From an uncultured Deinococcales bacterium (GTDB lineage Bacteria > Deinococcota > Deinococci > Deinococcales > JAAFIG01), in contig CAXTTL010000008.1 of assembly GCA_964247135.1 (NCBI GenBank), positions 1 through 54,677 of the forward strand: a stretch of 54,677 nucleotides of DNA, given 5' to 3'. Numbering within the stretch: the stretch's first letter is position 1; each line of letters opens with the position of its first letter. Below the pieces are notes generated by a model that was not told the origin of the DNA, made no database searches, and worked only from the letters and a program-made list of their open reading frames with translations. A program made the translations under genes and the position numbers. This document shows, piece by piece, positions 1 to 10,980 of the stretch.

Positions 1-14
1 CGTTGTACTTGCTT

Positions 15-56
15 CCCTCATCCCCGACCCTTCTCCCAACTTCAGGAGAAGGGAGT
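15..56 (+). repeat. REP-like palindromic repeat, family 1 (CCCTCATCCCCrACCCTTCTC..GAGAAGGGAGT)
   Basis: Hairpin CCCTTCTCC/GGAGAAGGG; related copies at 6440, 9422, 27552 and 40030. Confidence 0.85.
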
Positions 57-89
57 TTAATTCTTTTACACCTGTGGCTCGAGGTTTTT

Positions 90-172
90 CCTTCTCCCTG
101 CGGGAGAAGCGACCATGCCCGTTAGGTGCGTTTTATGGTCAAGAAGGTGTCAGCGAAGCTGACGGATGAGGG
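90..172 (+). repeat. REP-like repeat, family 2 (CCTTCTCCC..GGGAGAAG-GTGTCAGCGAAGCTGACGGATGAGGG), interrupted by a 33-bp insert at 110-142
   Basis: Two hairpins; the insert is flanked by GAAG on both sides (106-109, 143-146). Confidence 0.75.
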
Positions 173-390
173 CTTCAAGCGAGCCAGAGTACGCTTTTTG
201 CTGTGAGACTCGAGCTTCCTGCTTAAGTCACGCACTGTCTCTCATGTAACCTCGGTGCGCGAGGCGCACCCTACCCGTCTTGAGAATTTGCCGCAAAATA
301 CATTGAGGTTTGCTCAAAGCAAAAATGGGTTTTGTTGCCCACAAAAAAAATCTTCACGCCGTAGAATGGTGTCTAGAATCAGGAGACGGC

Positions 391-1737
391 GTGGCAAAAG
401 TTTTGGTGCAATTCAAATGCAATTCTTGTGGCTATACCACCGCCAAAAGCATGGGGCGTTGTCCGTCGTGCTCGGCTTGGAATTCATTTGAAGAAATTGT
501 CAGTGCGCCCAGCAGCAAAAGCGCCTCGGGCTTTGGCGCTCGAAACACGGTGCCGAGCAGCGCTGTCACCCGTCTCTCGAGCGTGAAGAGTTCTGAAGAG
601 CCGCGCACCAGTTCGGGCATTGGCGAGTTGGATCGGGTGCTGGGCGGCGGTTGGGTGGCTGGTGGTGTGGTGTTGTTGGGTGGCGAACCTGGCATTGGCA
701 AAAGCACGCTCTTGCTGCAAGTTGCCGACCATCTGGCGTTGCAAGACGAAAAAATCTTGTACGTGGCTGGCGAGGAGTCGCTTGAGCAGGTGCGTTTGCG
801 GGCGGATCGTTTGGGCGTCAAGGGCGATATCCTGATGACCCGCGACGTTCACGCCGACGGCATCACGGCGCTGCTCGAGTTGGAACGCCCCAAACTGGTG
901 ATTGTGGACTCAATTCAGACGGTGCAAACCGATGATGGTGGTTCGCCTGGCGGGGTTTCGCAGGTGCGCGAATCCACGGCGCGACTCACCCGAGCCGCCA
1001 AAGAAACGGGCGCGGCGATGGTCTTGGTTGGGCACGTCACCAAGGACGGCAACGTGGCGGGTCCCAAAGTCATGGAGCATATTGTGGACGCGGTCTTGAT
1101 GCTCGAGTCGGTCGGGCATTACCGTCTTTTACGCAGCGTCAAAAATCGTTTTGGCAGCGTCGGCGAGCTGGGCGTGTTCGACATGCTCGAGCATGGTTTA
1201 AAGGCGGTAGACAACCCGAGTGCAGCATTTCTGGCGGAGCGTCCGGTGGGTGTGCCTGGCAGCATTGTGGCGGCAACCATGGACGGTCAGCGCCCGTTAT
1301 TGCTCGAGGTGCAGGCGCTGGCTGCCAAAACCCCGTATCCTGCGCCCAAGCGCGTGGCGGTGGGTTTGGACGCGCGTCGGGTGGATGTGGTGCTGGCGGT
1401 GCTCGAGCGTCGCTTGCAGCTCTCGTTGGGCGGTTTGGATGTGTATGTGAATTTGGCGGGTGGGATGAGGCTCTCTGACCCTGGCTTGGACTTGGCAATT
1501 GCCCTGGCGGTGTACAGTGCGGTGATGATGAAACCAGTTCCCGAAGGCGTGGCGGTGTTTGGCGAGGTAGGACTGGCTGGGGAGGTGCGCAGCGTCACCC
1601 AACCCGCCAGACGTGCCAGCGAAGCCAGTCGGGTCGGTTTGACGCGCCTGGTCATGCCGCCAGGCGTTCAAGATGGCAAAACCCAAGGTGTGCAGAGCGT
1701 CCAGGAAGCCGTGCGTTTTTTGTGGGGACAGGCATGA
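391..1737 (+). CDS. radA: DNA repair protein RadA/Sms
   Basis: CxxC..CxxC zinc finger, Walker [14 protein letters not shown] motif, Lon-like C-terminus. GTG start after AGGAG. Confidence 0.97.
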   Translation: MAKVLVQFKCNSCGYTTAKSMGRCPSCSAWNSFEEIVSAPSSKSASGFGARNTVPSSAVTRLSSVKSSEEPRTSSGIGELDRVLGGGWVAGGVVLLGGEPGIGKSTLLLQVADHLALQDEKILYVAGEESLEQVRLRADRLGVKGDILMTRDVHADGITALLELERPKLVIVDSIQTVQTDDGGSPGGVSQVRESTARLTRAAKETGAAMVLVGHVTKDGNVAGPKVMEHIVDAVLMLESVGHYRLLRSVKNRFGSVGELGVFDMLEHGLKAVDNPSAAFLAERPVGVPGSIVAATMDGQRPLLLEVQALAAKTPYPAPKRVAVGLDARRVDVVLAVLERRLQLSLGGLDVYVNLAGGMRLSDPGLDLAIALAVYSAVMMKPVPEGVAVFGEVGLAGEVRSVTQPARRASEASRVGLTRLVMPPGVQDGKTQGVQSVQEAVRFLWGQA

Positions 1738-2792
1738 AAACTGGTCTTGAAGGCTTTGATCCCTTGCGCGGCTTGATTCGTTTTGTGCTAATCGCCCTTG
1801 GCGCTCTGGTTGGTTATTGGATATCGCAGCGTCTTGTCAACGACGGCTTAAACCAAACCTATATTGCCATTTTGGGCGCATTGATTACCAGTTTGGTCAC
1901 CAGCCGCCTGGTCAACATCTTGCGCGAAGGCGTGGCGAACACCGCCAACACGCTCATGACCATGCCGCCACAAACCGTGCTGGCAGCCACCATCGCCACG
2001 ATCATGGCGCTCTTGATCAGCGTGCTTCTTAACAATGTGCTCTCGAACATTCCTGGTTACGCCTGGTATTTTCAACTTTTAATCACGGTCCTGCTCGAGG
2101 TGTTTTTGGTGACCGTGGCGGTCTTAAACCGCGATGTTTTCACGCCGTTCGCAGCCCGTCAGGTGATCGAGCGCCGAATGCCCGCAGTCGCGCCCAGCAT
2201 TCAAAAATTGCTGGACACCAGCGTGATTATCGACGGGCGTATTCTCGAGGTGGCGCAATCGGGATTTCTGGAAGGAACACTGATCGTGCCTGGTTTTGTG
2301 CTGCGCGAATTGCAGTATTTTGCCGATCAGACCGATTCGCAAAAACGTGCCAAGGGCAGACGCGGTTTGGAAGTGCTCGAGAAACTTCGCGCCAACCGTG
2401 CGCTCGAGCTTGTCATTCGGGAATTTGAGGACACGGGCGGCGGGGTCGATGACCGTCTGGTTCGTGCCGCCCAAGAAATTGGCGCGAGCGTGTTGACCAA
2501 CGACACCGGACTCTCGAGGGTGGCGGGTTTACAGGGCGTGACTTGCCTGAGTTTAAATGCCCTTGCCGAAGCCTTGAAGCCACGGTTTGGTGCGGGCGAC
2601 GAACTGACCATCGCGGTGGTCAAAGAGGGTTCGCAGCCTGGGCAGGGCGTCGGTTTCCTCGAGGATGGCACGATGGTCGTGATCGACGATGGTCTGGCGT
2701 TAAAGGGTCGTACCGTGCGCGTGGCGGTCATCAGCGCCACACAGACCAGCCTTGGGCGCATGATCTTTGGCAAACCCAAAGAAGTGCTTTAA
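1734..2792 (+). CDS. Membrane PIN/TRAM-domain protein (YacL-like)
   Basis: N-terminal TM helices, PIN motif [16 protein letters not shown] motif [16 protein letters not shown] overlap with radA. Confidence 0.92.
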   Translation: MKTGLEGFDPLRGLIRFVLIALGALVGYWISQRLVNDGLNQTYIAILGALITSLVTSRLVNILREGVANTANTLMTMPPQTVLAATIATIMALLISVLLNNVLSNIPGYAWYFQLLITVLLEVFLVTVAVLNRDVFTPFAARQVIERRMPAVAPSIQKLLDTSVIIDGRILEVAQSGFLEGTLIVPGFVLRELQYFADQTDSQKRAKGRRGLEVLEKLRANRALELVIREFEDTGGGVDDRLVRAAQEIGASVLTNDTGLSRVAGLQGVTCLSLNALAEALKPRFGAGDELTIAVVKEGSQPGQGVGFLEDGTMVVIDDGLALKGRTVRVAVISATQTSLGRMIFGKPKEVL

Positions 2793-2842
2793 GCCAAAAC
2801 TGCCATGCAATCCCAAAACAAAATCGTTACAATGACCCGCCT

Positions 2843-3661
2843 GTGACCAACGCTTTCTTAGAACCTCGAGAACCTGCACCGCTGCCCGAGGGTTGGCGGC
2901 GTCTAAAACTGGTGCTCGAGTGGGATGGCACGAACTTTGCGGGTTGGCAGGTTCAAGCCAAGGGCGAACGCACCGTGCAGGGCGTGCTCGAAAAGGCGCT
3001 CGAGCCTCTGGGAAATTGCGCGCGCCCGATGGCGGCTGGGCGCACCGACGCGGGCGTTCACGCGCTGGGCATGGTGGCGCACGTGGACGTGGAGCATCAA
3101 ATTCCTGCCGAAAAGCTGCGCCGCGCCCTGAACGCCAGATTGCCCGAAGACGTGCGCGTTTTGTCCTGCACGGAAGCTCCCGAACACTTTCACTCGAGGT
3201 TTTCTTGCGCCTGGCGCTCGTACAGCTACCGTATTCTGAACGCCCGCACCCAAAGCGCCCTCGAGCGTCACCGAGCGCTTTGGGTTCCGCAACGCCTTGA
3301 AGTTGCCCCGATGCGTCACGCGGCGCGTCATCTCGAGGGTGAGCACGATTTTGCGGCGTTCGCCTCGCAGGAGGAACGCCAGACGGTGCGCAGCGTGTTC
3401 TCGTGCGAGGTGCGCAGCCTTCCCTTTCGGCGCAGCCCAGACGAGCAATTGATCGAGATTCAAATTGTTGGCGAATCGTTCTTGCGGCACATGGTGCGCG
3501 GCATTGTCGGCACGTTGCTCGAGGTGGGTTTGGGCAAGCTCGAGTCGGGTCAGGTCGCGCACGTCCTCGCCAGCAAAGACCGCGCTCAGGCGGGGAAAAA
3601 CGTTGCCTCGCACGGTTTGTATTTTCTCGAGGCGGGCTTTGAACCCTGGACGCGGGAATGA
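2843..3661 (+). CDS. truA: tRNA pseudouridine(38-40) synthase
   Basis: WDGTNFAGWQ, AGRTDAGVHA and FLRHMVR motifs. Start chosen at GTG 2843 inside ORF 2543..3661. Confidence 0.95.
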   Translation: MTNAFLEPREPAPLPEGWRRLKLVLEWDGTNFAGWQVQAKGERTVQGVLEKALEPLGNCARPMAAGRTDAGVHALGMVAHVDVEHQIPAEKLRRALNARLPEDVRVLSCTEAPEHFHSRFSCAWRSYSYRILNARTQSALERHRALWVPQRLEVAPMRHAARHLEGEHDFAAFASQEERQTVRSVFSCEVRSLPFRRSPDEQLIEIQIVGESFLRHMVRGIVGTLLEVGLGKLESGQVAHVLASKDRAQAGKNVASHGLYFLEAGFEPWTRE

Positions 3662-4827
3662 AAATCCTGTTTATCAGTAACGGTCACGGCGAGGACGCCA
3701 TTGGGGCATTCCTTGCCAAAACCATGCTCGAGCTTCAACCAAACCTCGAGCTTGAGGCGCTGCCGATTGTCGGGCGCGGTACGCCTTACGAGCAAGCTGG
3801 CATTCGTGTGCTTGGACCGCGTTGGAGTCCGCCTTCGGGCGGTTTTACGTTTACCAGCCTCGAGTTGTTTTTAAAAGACTGGCGCGATGGAATGCGTCAA
3901 AAAGCGCACGAGCAACACTGGGCAATTCGCAACTCCAGGGCGGATGCGGTGATGGTTGTTGGTGATGTCTACGCTTTGTGGGTGACGTTCAGTTTTGCGT
4001 TTAAAGCAGCAAAACCTCGGGTTTTTCAGTATCAACCGCTGGTCAGTCGGTATTACCAGGATGGCATGAGTGCCAGCGACAAACTCGAGCGGACTCCTCG
4101 AGTGACCGTGGACAGTTTTGTGTTGCCCGAACGCCTCTACATGAAACGCGTCGAAAAAGTCTTTGCCCGCGACGAACGCTCCGCCGCCTGGTTGCGCGAA
4201 CTTGGTGTGCCCCATGCCAAATTTGCGGGCAACATCATGATGGATTTATTGACCCCAGAACTCGAGCTTCCAACCGACACTCGCCCTGTCCTCGCGCTTC
4301 TGCCAGGAACGCGCAACGATTATCTGTACAGCCTGCCGATCATGCTCGAGGCAGCGGCGTTGTTGCCCGAATTTCAAAGTTTCGCCGCATTTTCGGGAAA
4401 CCTCGAGTTGCCCACGGGTTGGGTGTGGACTTCAAACTATTTTGCTCGAGTGGCAAAGCACAATTCTGGCATCGAAATTCCAATGCTCGAGACTGGTTTT
4501 GCGGCATTGCTTCAGGCTGCCAGTGTGGTGCTTGGAACTTCTGGCACAGGCAACGAACAGGCGGTTGGATTGGGAAAACCTGTGATTGGATTTCCGACCC
4601 AAGGACCGCAGTATTTGGAGGGTTTTGCCAAAGCCCAAAAACGCTTGCTGGGAGCAGGCTTAACCCTCGAGCAAGCCAATCCCGAAATCCTGGCTCGAGC
4701 CGTCAAAACCGCCCATCAAGATCAAAAATTTCGTGCTCGAGTTGCACAAGCAGGACTCGAGCGCATGGGTTTGCCTGGCGGGGCGAAACGGATTGCGCTC
4801 GAGGTTTTGGAAGCTTTAAAAACTTAA
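3658..4827 (+). CDS. Lipid-A-disaccharide synthase-related glycosyltransferase
   Basis: ISNGHGED, PSGGF, LLPGTR and GTGNEQAVGLGKP motifs. Confidence 0.8.
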   Translation: MKILFISNGHGEDAIGAFLAKTMLELQPNLELEALPIVGRGTPYEQAGIRVLGPRWSPPSGGFTFTSLELFLKDWRDGMRQKAHEQHWAIRNSRADAVMVVGDVYALWVTFSFAFKAAKPRVFQYQPLVSRYYQDGMSASDKLERTPRVTVDSFVLPERLYMKRVEKVFARDERSAAWLRELGVPHAKFAGNIMMDLLTPELELPTDTRPVLALLPGTRNDYLYSLPIMLEAAALLPEFQSFAAFSGNLELPTGWVWTSNYFARVAKHNSGIEIPMLETGFAALLQAASVVLGTSGTGNEQAVGLGKPVIGFPTQGPQYLEGFAKAQKRLLGAGLTLEQANPEILARAVKTAHQDQKFRARVAQAGLERMGLPGGAKRIALEVLEALKT

Positions 4828-5933
4828 ATTCGTTTTTGAAAAATGCGGTAACGCTTGTACTGTGTTGCCCCAAGCGCCTTCATGCCATTGTTGATCGCAT
4901 CGTTGCTCTCGAGCGTCCAACCGAACTCGCCGGCGTTGTATTTGCTCTGTCCTCGCCAGAAGGTTTCGGCGTACAGCAGCGCGTCCAAACCGCGTCCTTG
5001 AAACTCTGGCAGAATACCCAGCGCCACCAGTCGCATTCGTTTGGGCTTGGTCAACAACAGTTTCGCCAAGCCCCACAACCTGCCGCCCGTGCCTTTCATG
5101 GCTTCGTTGATGTCGGGCAGCGTGATGCTGAACGCGGCGGGCTTGCCGTCCACCTCGGCGATCAGGCAGAGGTCTTTGTCGGCAACCTGCCCCAGTTGTT
5201 CGGCGAGGTGCTGAATTTCGTGCTCGGTCCAGGGCACAAAACCCCAGTTTTTGTCCCAGGCGGCGTTGTAAATATCGCGCAAGACCGGCAATTCTGCCGC
5301 CAGCGCCTTTTTGCTGCCCAGCGCCACCTTGCGAATGTTGACTTTCAGGTTGCGTTTGACCCGTTCGGCAATTCGTGCCACACGGTCTGGCAAGCCGCCC
5401 GCGACGGTCATGCGCCAGGCAAACGTGTCCTCCGATTTGGTGTAACCCGCACCCTCAATAAAACCCGCATAAGTCGGCGGGTTGTAAACCATCATGACCA
5501 CCGGCGGATCATCAAAATTCTCAATCAGCACGCCCATCATGTCGTTTTGCGAGACCTTGCTCGGACCTTTGACCAAACTTAAATTCTTGGCTTTGCCCCA
5601 AGCTTCCACCGTCTCGAGCAACTGCTTGGAGACAGCCGCACTTTCGGCTTCAAAACAGGCGAACAACACCACGGCTTCATTGTGAAACTCGTTGTAACTC
5701 TTGTCATGAATCGCCGCAATCCGTCCAACAATGCGGTTTCCCTCGAGCGCCAGAAAGTAATCCGCCACGGCGTGCTCAAAAAATGGGTTCTTCTTGCGTT
5801 CCTGATCCAGGTCATCCCATTCTTGCCAAAGCAATTGCGGAACCCAAGTTGGATGGTTCTTGTAGAGTTGGTACGGGTATTCGATAAACCGTTTTAAATC
5901 CGCCCGACCCGAGACTTTTTGAATGTCAGCCAT
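4824..5933 (-). CDS. GNAT-like N-acetyltransferase (YghO-like)
   Basis: GRIAAI, NWGFVP, LGILPEFQGRG and WTLESN motifs. Leaderless TAGATT-N5-ATG start. Confidence 0.8.
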   Translation of the reverse strand: MADIQKVSGRADLKRFIEYPYQLYKNHPTWVPQLLWQEWDDLDQERKKNPFFEHAVADYFLALEGNRIVGRIAAIHDKSYNEFHNEAVVLFACFEAESAAVSKQLLETVEAWGKAKNLSLVKGPSKVSQNDMMGVLIENFDDPPVVMMVYNPPTYAGFIEGAGYTKSEDTFAWRMTVAGGLPDRVARIAERVKRNLKVNIRKVALGSKKALAAELPVLRDIYNAAWDKNWGFVPWTEHEIQHLAEQLGQVADKDLCLIAEVDGKPAAFSITLPDINEAMKGTGGRLWGLAKLLLTKPKRMRLVALGILPEFQGRGLDALLYAETFWRGQSKYNAGEFGWTLESNDAINNGMKALGATQYKRYRIFQKRI

Positions 5934-5987
5934 GCCGCAATCTACCACAACAAGCCTTTGCATGAGGCTCGAGGTTTAAACTGGGTC

Positions 5988-6389
5988 ATGCACCATTTTA
6001 AAGTTGGCGACAGCGCCAGTGTCAGCAAAACCATTTCTGAGGCGGACATTGTTGCCTTTGCCCAAATCTCGGGCGACCAAAACCCACTCCATCTTGACGC
6101 CGAATTTGCCGCCAACTCGAGGTTCGGACAACGCATCGCACACGGCGCACTCGTCTCGAGTTTGATCTCGAACGTGATCGGCAATCAATTGCCCGGTCAG
6201 GGCAGCATTTACCTTTCCTCGAGCCTCAAATTTCGAGCGCCGACCTTCATTGACGATACGATCACGGCAACCGCGACCATCTCGAGCATCCGTGAAGATA
6301 AACCTGTTTTCGTGCTGGCTTGTGTGTGCAGCAATCAACGCGGTGAAATGGTTTGTGAAGGTGAAAGCGTGGTGTTGTACGAGCCATAA
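5988..6389 (+). CDS. MaoC/PhaJ-family (R)-enoyl-CoA hydratase
   Basis: SGDQNPLHLD hot-dog motif and IAHG. Confidence 0.92.
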   Translation: MHHFKVGDSASVSKTISEADIVAFAQISGDQNPLHLDAEFAANSRFGQRIAHGALVSSLISNVIGNQLPGQGSIYLSSSLKFRAPTFIDDTITATATISSIREDKPVFVLACVCSNQRGEMVCEGESVVLYEP

Positions 6390-6439
6390 ATATAAATTTG
6401 GTTCTCGAGACTTATCTACCCAAATTAAGGATTAATAAA

Positions 6440-6480
6440 ACTCCCTTCTCTCGTGGGAGAGAAGGGTTAGAAATGAGAGT
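6440..6480 (-). repeat. Degenerate REP-like family 1 copy between convergent genes
   Basis: CTCCCTTCTCTC..GAGAGAAGGGTTAGAAATGAGAG. Confidence 0.7.
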
Positions 6481-6539
6481 AGACAGCGCAATTGCAGCTC
6501 TTATGTCTACAGGAATCCGTATTTTCTTGACCTCGAGCC

Positions 6540-7802
6540 TCAACGCATGGTTTCAGGAAGTGGGCTAGCAACGGCTTCAACGCACGAGGCGCTGGTGCAA
6601 TTGTAATTGGCAGTCAAGGTGTTGGAACTGACCGAACTGGTCGAGAGGGATAAGTTTTTCCCAAGGACTTTAAAACCTGCGTTGACCGTTCCAGACAGCG
6701 TGATGCCCGTATTGATTTTGGTGGTTTGCCCTGGAACGATTGTCAAGACTGAGAATGGTTTGGTTTCAATTTCTGGTCCGACCACCCCGTAAAATTTCAT
6801 GCTTAACACCAGTTTTGCGTAAGCTTTGGTCTTTGCGCCCGACGGCGTACTGATGCTGAACGTTGGATTTGCCGAGAAGCTGGCGGTGGGTTCGACAATC
6901 GTCCATTTGTTGGTCGCGGTGCGGTCATATTTGATGCTGAAATTGAGGTTGACGTTTGGTGAAATCCCGGCGGTCACGGTCAGGGGATCGTTGGCACTGG
7001 CTGCCGCCCCAACAATCAACTTGGGTTCAATAACCACCACCACTGGCACCACGCCGACCAGGAAAGCTCGAGTAAAGCGATAAGAAACAAGCTCTTTTTC
7101 AAAATCTGCGGTCAATGCAGCAATTTTTGCGGTGGCGGTCAATTGCCCAGTCATCGAAACGCCAAATCCGCCCGAAAGTCCAATCTCGAGTTTTTCCAAT
7201 GACCCGTTCGAGAATTTCAGGTTGAATTTTGGATTCAGGGTTTGGGTGATCGATCCCGAGATTTTCAGGGTTGCACCGTTGCCAATTGGAATAACGGTGT
7301 CTTTGAAAGGCAGTGCACCGTTGACGGCTCGGGTTTGAACCCCTGGTAAAGCACTGAGAACGGTGGCTTGGTTAAAATCCAAATCGCCGTATTCAATGCC
7401 CGCATCGCCGCTCGAGATTACGTCTTCAAGGCTGGCATCGGTGGTTTGAATGTAGACTTTTTTGATCAGGCGCGATCCCACCATGCTCGATTGGGCGGTT
7501 ACACTCGAGATTTGACGTACCAAACCATCGCCCGCGTCTGAGACAACAAATTGACCTGCCGCGAATGGTTTGTCGGCTGGTTCTGAATTGACATTCATGT
7601 CGGTTGCCGTGAACGAATCCACTGTTGCTTTGGGAACAATTTGCGTGGTGGTGGTGGTGGTAAACGAACCTGTAACCCCACATCCCGAAGCATTGGCATC
7701 TGGAACGCAGGGCGCCGGTTGAACGGGGCATCCCAACAATCCGAGACTTAAAACCCCTGTAAGAAAAGCAATTTTTGTACCTGTGAATGGTTTGGACTTC
7801 AT
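6540..7802 (-). CDS. Putative lipoprotein, beta-rich, function unknown
   Basis: Signal peptide with lipobox LLGC; GAGGTG RBS. Confidence 0.75.
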   Translation of the reverse strand: MKSKPFTGTKIAFLTGVLSLGLLGCPVQPAPCVPDANASGCGVTGSFTTTTTTQIVPKATVDSFTATDMNVNSEPADKPFAAGQFVVSDAGDGLVRQISSVTAQSSMVGSRLIKKVYIQTTDASLEDVISSGDAGIEYGDLDFNQATVLSALPGVQTRAVNGALPFKDTVIPIGNGATLKISGSITQTLNPKFNLKFSNGSLEKLEIGLSGGFGVSMTGQLTATAKIAALTADFEKELVSYRFTRAFLVGVVPVVVVIEPKLIVGAAASANDPLTVTAGISPNVNLNFSIKYDRTATNKWTIVEPTASFSANPTFSISTPSGAKTKAYAKLVLSMKFYGVVGPEIETKPFSVLTIVPGQTTKINTGITLSGTVNAGFKVLGKNLSLSTSSVSSNTLTANYNCTSASCVEAVASPLPETMR

Positions 7803-8302
7803 GGTGTCACCTCTATCGACGATTCGGCTACATCTCGAGTTTTGGCATCGTTAAAGTAAGCATTGATTTTGGCATTCAGTGCATCTTGATCGAGTTTGCC
7901 TTCAAAACGAATTGTTTTTGCAACGGGTGTGTCGGTAAACAGCAAAATAACGCGTTGCCTGCCAGTTGGTGGAAATACTTTGTAAGCTGCTTTCGCGCCT
8001 GTTGCAGTCATATCAGTTGCTCGTGGAAGAACATTGTTGCCTGCTTTCAAAGCAATACTATGTTCAACTTCGCCTGTTGTGGTATCTGGGTCCATCGAAA
8101 TCAATGTGATGTAACCCGCTTGTGCGAGTGTGAACGAAAACTTGACCAATTCTCCGACCTTGTAACTTGCCCCTTGACCACGGTCTGGTTGAAAATTGCT
8201 GATGACATCTTGAGTACCAAAACGGCTTCGTTCCAACGCGCTGGGGGCGCAGGCGGTAAAAATAAATCCAAAAACCAGTAATCCAATCAAGGGTAGGCGC
8301 AT
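7799..8302 (-). CDS. DUF4384-like lipoprotein
   Basis: Lipobox FTAC; PDRGQGASYKVGELVKF..GYITL pattern. Confidence 0.75.
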   Translation of the reverse strand: MRLPLIGLLVFGFIFTACAPSALERSRFGTQDVISNFQPDRGQGASYKVGELVKFSFTLAQAGYITLISMDPDTTTGEVEHSIALKAGNNVLPRATDMTATGAKAAYKVFPPTGRQRVILLFTDTPVAKTIRFEGKLDQDALNAKINAYFNDAKTRDVAESSIEVTP

Positions 8303-8389
8303 GTTCGCAGCCTAACAGTTCAGATGAGTTTTGGCTGTTTGTTTGATGAATGTTTTGTTTGGTTCACGTTTTCGTGCCAGAATCTGGGC

Positions 8390-9364
8390 GTGGCTTTTTT
8401 GGCGTGCGTGCAAAGCAAACTCGAGCTTGACGCTTATGTTTCAAGTCTCGCGTTTGAAACTTGGATTCTCGAGCAGGTGAAACTCGCATTAGAATCTCGA
8501 GATTCGCATGAAGCCGCACTTGTGGCTTTTCCCGAGTTGATCGGTTTGCCGCTGCTTTTTTTTCTCGAGCGCCAGGTCAATGCCGGCAAAGTTCAAGACG
8601 CGGCACTCGAGTTGGCGCGTGAGTCGTGGCTCGATGCACTCAAGTTTGGTTGGCAATTTCAAAATTTTTCAGCCTCGAGTTTTATTTTGCCGCGTGCGAC
8701 CCGCTTGTTCGAGGTTTTTGTAAAGGCTTTTTCCAATGCCGCCCGAGAAACCAACTCGTTTATTGCTGCCGGTTCGAGTTTTCTGCCTGGTGTCGAACTC
8801 GAGGCGGCGAAGGGTTTGCATCTGGCGGATGGTCGGGTGCAGAACGTGTCGTTTTTGTTCGCACCTTCAGGGAAAATCTTGACTCGCAGCCCGAAGCTCA
8901 ACCTGACTGCTGGACTCGAGAAATTGGTGGGTTTGTCTCGAGGGCGACTTGAGGACATGGCGGCGGCGGTCACAGCTTTGGGGCGCATTGCGACTTTGAT
9001 TTGTTACGACGGTTTTTTTGAACGCATCGTCGAGAAAGCCGATTCACTCGGAACTGAAATTATTGTGCAACCCAGCGCCAATGCCGCCCTTTGGAACGGT
9101 GCCTGGAGCGCGGACGCCAGCAAAATCGAGGGGCAGGAATGGTTGGCTCGAGGCATCATGCACGGCATTCAAGACCGTATGAACATTCGTTACGCGCTTA
9201 ACCCGATGCTGGTTGGAAAACTGTTTGATTTGGTGTTTGAAGGTCGTTCGAGTATCAGCACCAATCAGAGTTTGACCAAGCTCGAGCAGCCCATTTTAAG
9301 CATTGCTGGCAGCCACAACAATTTTGAGATTGTTTCGGCTCGAGTTTCAGATTTGATACTTTGA
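8390..9364 (+). CDS. Carbon-nitrogen hydrolase (nitrilase superfamily)
   Basis: E-K-C triad motifs AFPE, PKLNL and LICYD. Start inferred from CAGAAT-N6-GTG. Confidence 0.85.
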   Translation: MAFLACVQSKLELDAYVSSLAFETWILEQVKLALESRDSHEAALVAFPELIGLPLLFFLERQVNAGKVQDAALELARESWLDALKFGWQFQNFSASSFILPRATRLFEVFVKAFSNAARETNSFIAAGSSFLPGVELEAAKGLHLADGRVQNVSFLFAPSGKILTRSPKLNLTAGLEKLVGLSRGRLEDMAAAVTALGRIATLICYDGFFERIVEKADSLGTEIIVQPSANAALWNGAWSADASKIEGQEWLARGIMHGIQDRMNIRYALNPMLVGKLFDLVFEGRSSISTNQSLTKLEQPILSIAGSHNNFEIVSARVSDLIL

Positions 9365-9421
9365 GAATAAAAATTACGGGTTTAAAACAAGATATTTTAA
9401 TTGCTCAAGAAACCAATAAGG

Positions 9422-9494
9422 CTCCCGTCTCTCCAGGAAGGGTTGGGGATGAGCGACCATGCCCGAAGGCGCGTTTTATGGTCAAGAGAGAGGG
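9422..9494 (-). repeat. REP-like family 1 copy carrying a 32-bp insert (9454-9485)
   Basis: GGAAGGGTTGGGGATGAG[CGACCATGCCCGAAGGCGCGTTTTATGGTCAA]GAGAGAGGG. Confidence 0.8.
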
Positions 9495-9562
9495 AACAAA
9501 ATAGTCGCCAACAATGTTTGAAGACTACCACGAACCTTGATTGCTGTTAGAATGTCCTCACC

Positions 9563-10972
9563 GTGCCAAACCCGTTGCCTGAATCGTTTTTATTTGGCGT
9601 TGCCACTTCAGACCATCAAGGCGAGGCATTTGATCCCAAGACGCCCGACAATTGGGATGTCTGGGAAGCCAAAACCAAACGAACCCCGCGCGGTCGGGGT
9701 ACCGATTTCTGGAACCGTTTTGAAGAGGACATCAAGCTGGCGGCTGGTTTGGGTTGCAAGGTCTTTCGGTTTTCGATTGCCTGGGCGCGGGTCGAACCCA
9801 AACTGGGGCATTACGACGAAGCGGCATTCGATCATTACCGCAGCATCATTGTAGCCATCAAAGCATCGGGAATGCAGCCGCTCATCACGCTTTGCCACTG
9901 GGTTTATCCGCTTCATGTCGAGGCTCGGGGGGGATTGATCGCACCCAGTTTCCCTGAAACTTTTGGAAGTTATGCTCGAGCGGTGGCGGAACGCTTGGGT
10001 TCGGAATGCACGTTTTGGCTCAGTTTTAACGAACCCAACGTCATGTTGCAAGGTTATTTTAAGCCTTGGAACGCCTCGGAGACTTCTCTGCCGCCAGGTT
10101 TGGGAACCGATGACAGTTTGGAGCGTCAGGTGGCGTTGATCGGGCGCTTGTTACCAAATTTATTTCAGGCGCATACTTTGGCGCGTGCCCAAGTGCAAAA
10201 ACTCAATCCATCGGCTCGAGTCAGTGCCAATCCCTTGTTGACTGGTTTGCCGTCTTATGTGCAGTGGTTGCTCGATTGGCGTGTGACCCATACGCGCGAC
10301 CTCGAGCATTTACGACGAATTCAAAAATTGATGACGCCCACTCCGGTGCGGTATCCCAAAGGTACACCCAAAAAAAGGCGGCTTCGTGGTTGGCGCGGTT
10401 TTGTTACCATTTTGCGTTTGGTCTTGACGGGCGCGAACAGCAATTGGTGGCATTTGGGCATGGCTGGCAAACTGCCCGAATTTTTGTGTCCAAAAGAGTG
10501 CGTCAATCAGCATGATTTTGTCGGTTTGGACCATTATTGGGGGGTCAGCAATTGGCAACCTTGGAAAATCGTGGATTTGCTCGAGGCTGGGAGCGGTCGT
10601 TTTGACCGGGCGCCTGTCAATCCTAAAATTTTGTCCAGAACGCTTGGGAAGCTCTCCAAAATGTTTCCCGATCAAGATATTTTGATCATCGAGAACGGGT
10701 CGGTCAGAAGTGGTGTACTCGAGCCTACCGAGTACATTCGGCGGCACGTGCTCGAGGTTCAAAAGGCGGTCGGTGCTGGCGTGCGGGTGATTGGTTATGT
10801 TTGCTGGAGCATTACCAGCAACCGCGAGTGGGGTTTAAAATTTGCGCCCAGCAATGATTTCGGGCTTTATTTTGTCGATTTGGACGGTGATCCGAAATTG
10901 CTGCGGCAGCGCACCAGCACCGCCGATACTTATCAACAGATTATCCACAACCGAGGTGTGGACAACTTTTAA
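9563..10972 (+). CDS. Glycoside hydrolase family 1
   Basis: FLFGVATSDHQGE, FRFSIAWARVEP, acid/base NEP and nucleophile ENG. Confidence 0.92.
   Translation: MPNPLPESFLFGVATSDHQGEAFDPKTPDNWDVWEAKTKRTPRGRGTDFWNRFEEDIKLAAGLGCKVFRFSIAWARVEPKLGHYDEAAFDHYRSIIVAIKASGMQPLITLCHWVYPLHVEARGGLIAPSFPETFGSYARAVAERLGSECTFWLSFNEPNVMLQGYFKPWNASETSLPPGLGTDDSLERQVALIGRLLPNLFQAHTLARAQVQKLNPSARVSANPLLTGLPSYVQWLLDWRVTHTRDLEHLRRIQKLMTPTPVRYPKGTPKKRRLRGWRGFVTILRLVLTGANSNWWHLGMAGKLPEFLCPKECVNQHDFVGLDHYWGVSNWQPWKIVDLLEAGSGRFDRAPVNPKILSRTLGKLSKMFPDQDILIIENGSVRSGVLEPTEYIRRHVLEVQKAVGAGVRVIGYVCWSITSNREWGLKFAPSNDFGLYFVDLDGDPKLLRQRTSTADTYQQIIHNRGVDNF
10930..10965. promoter_or_regulatory. Three DnaA boxes inside the 3' end of the GH1 gene
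   Basis: TTATCAACA at 10930, TTATCCACA at 10941, TGTGGACAA at 10957. Confidence 0.65.
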
Positions 10973-10980
10973 ATCCCTGG

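Noticed and set aside
4419-5582. 387-aa plus-strand ORF
   Set aside because: Shadow of two motif-supported genes; no recognisable domain.
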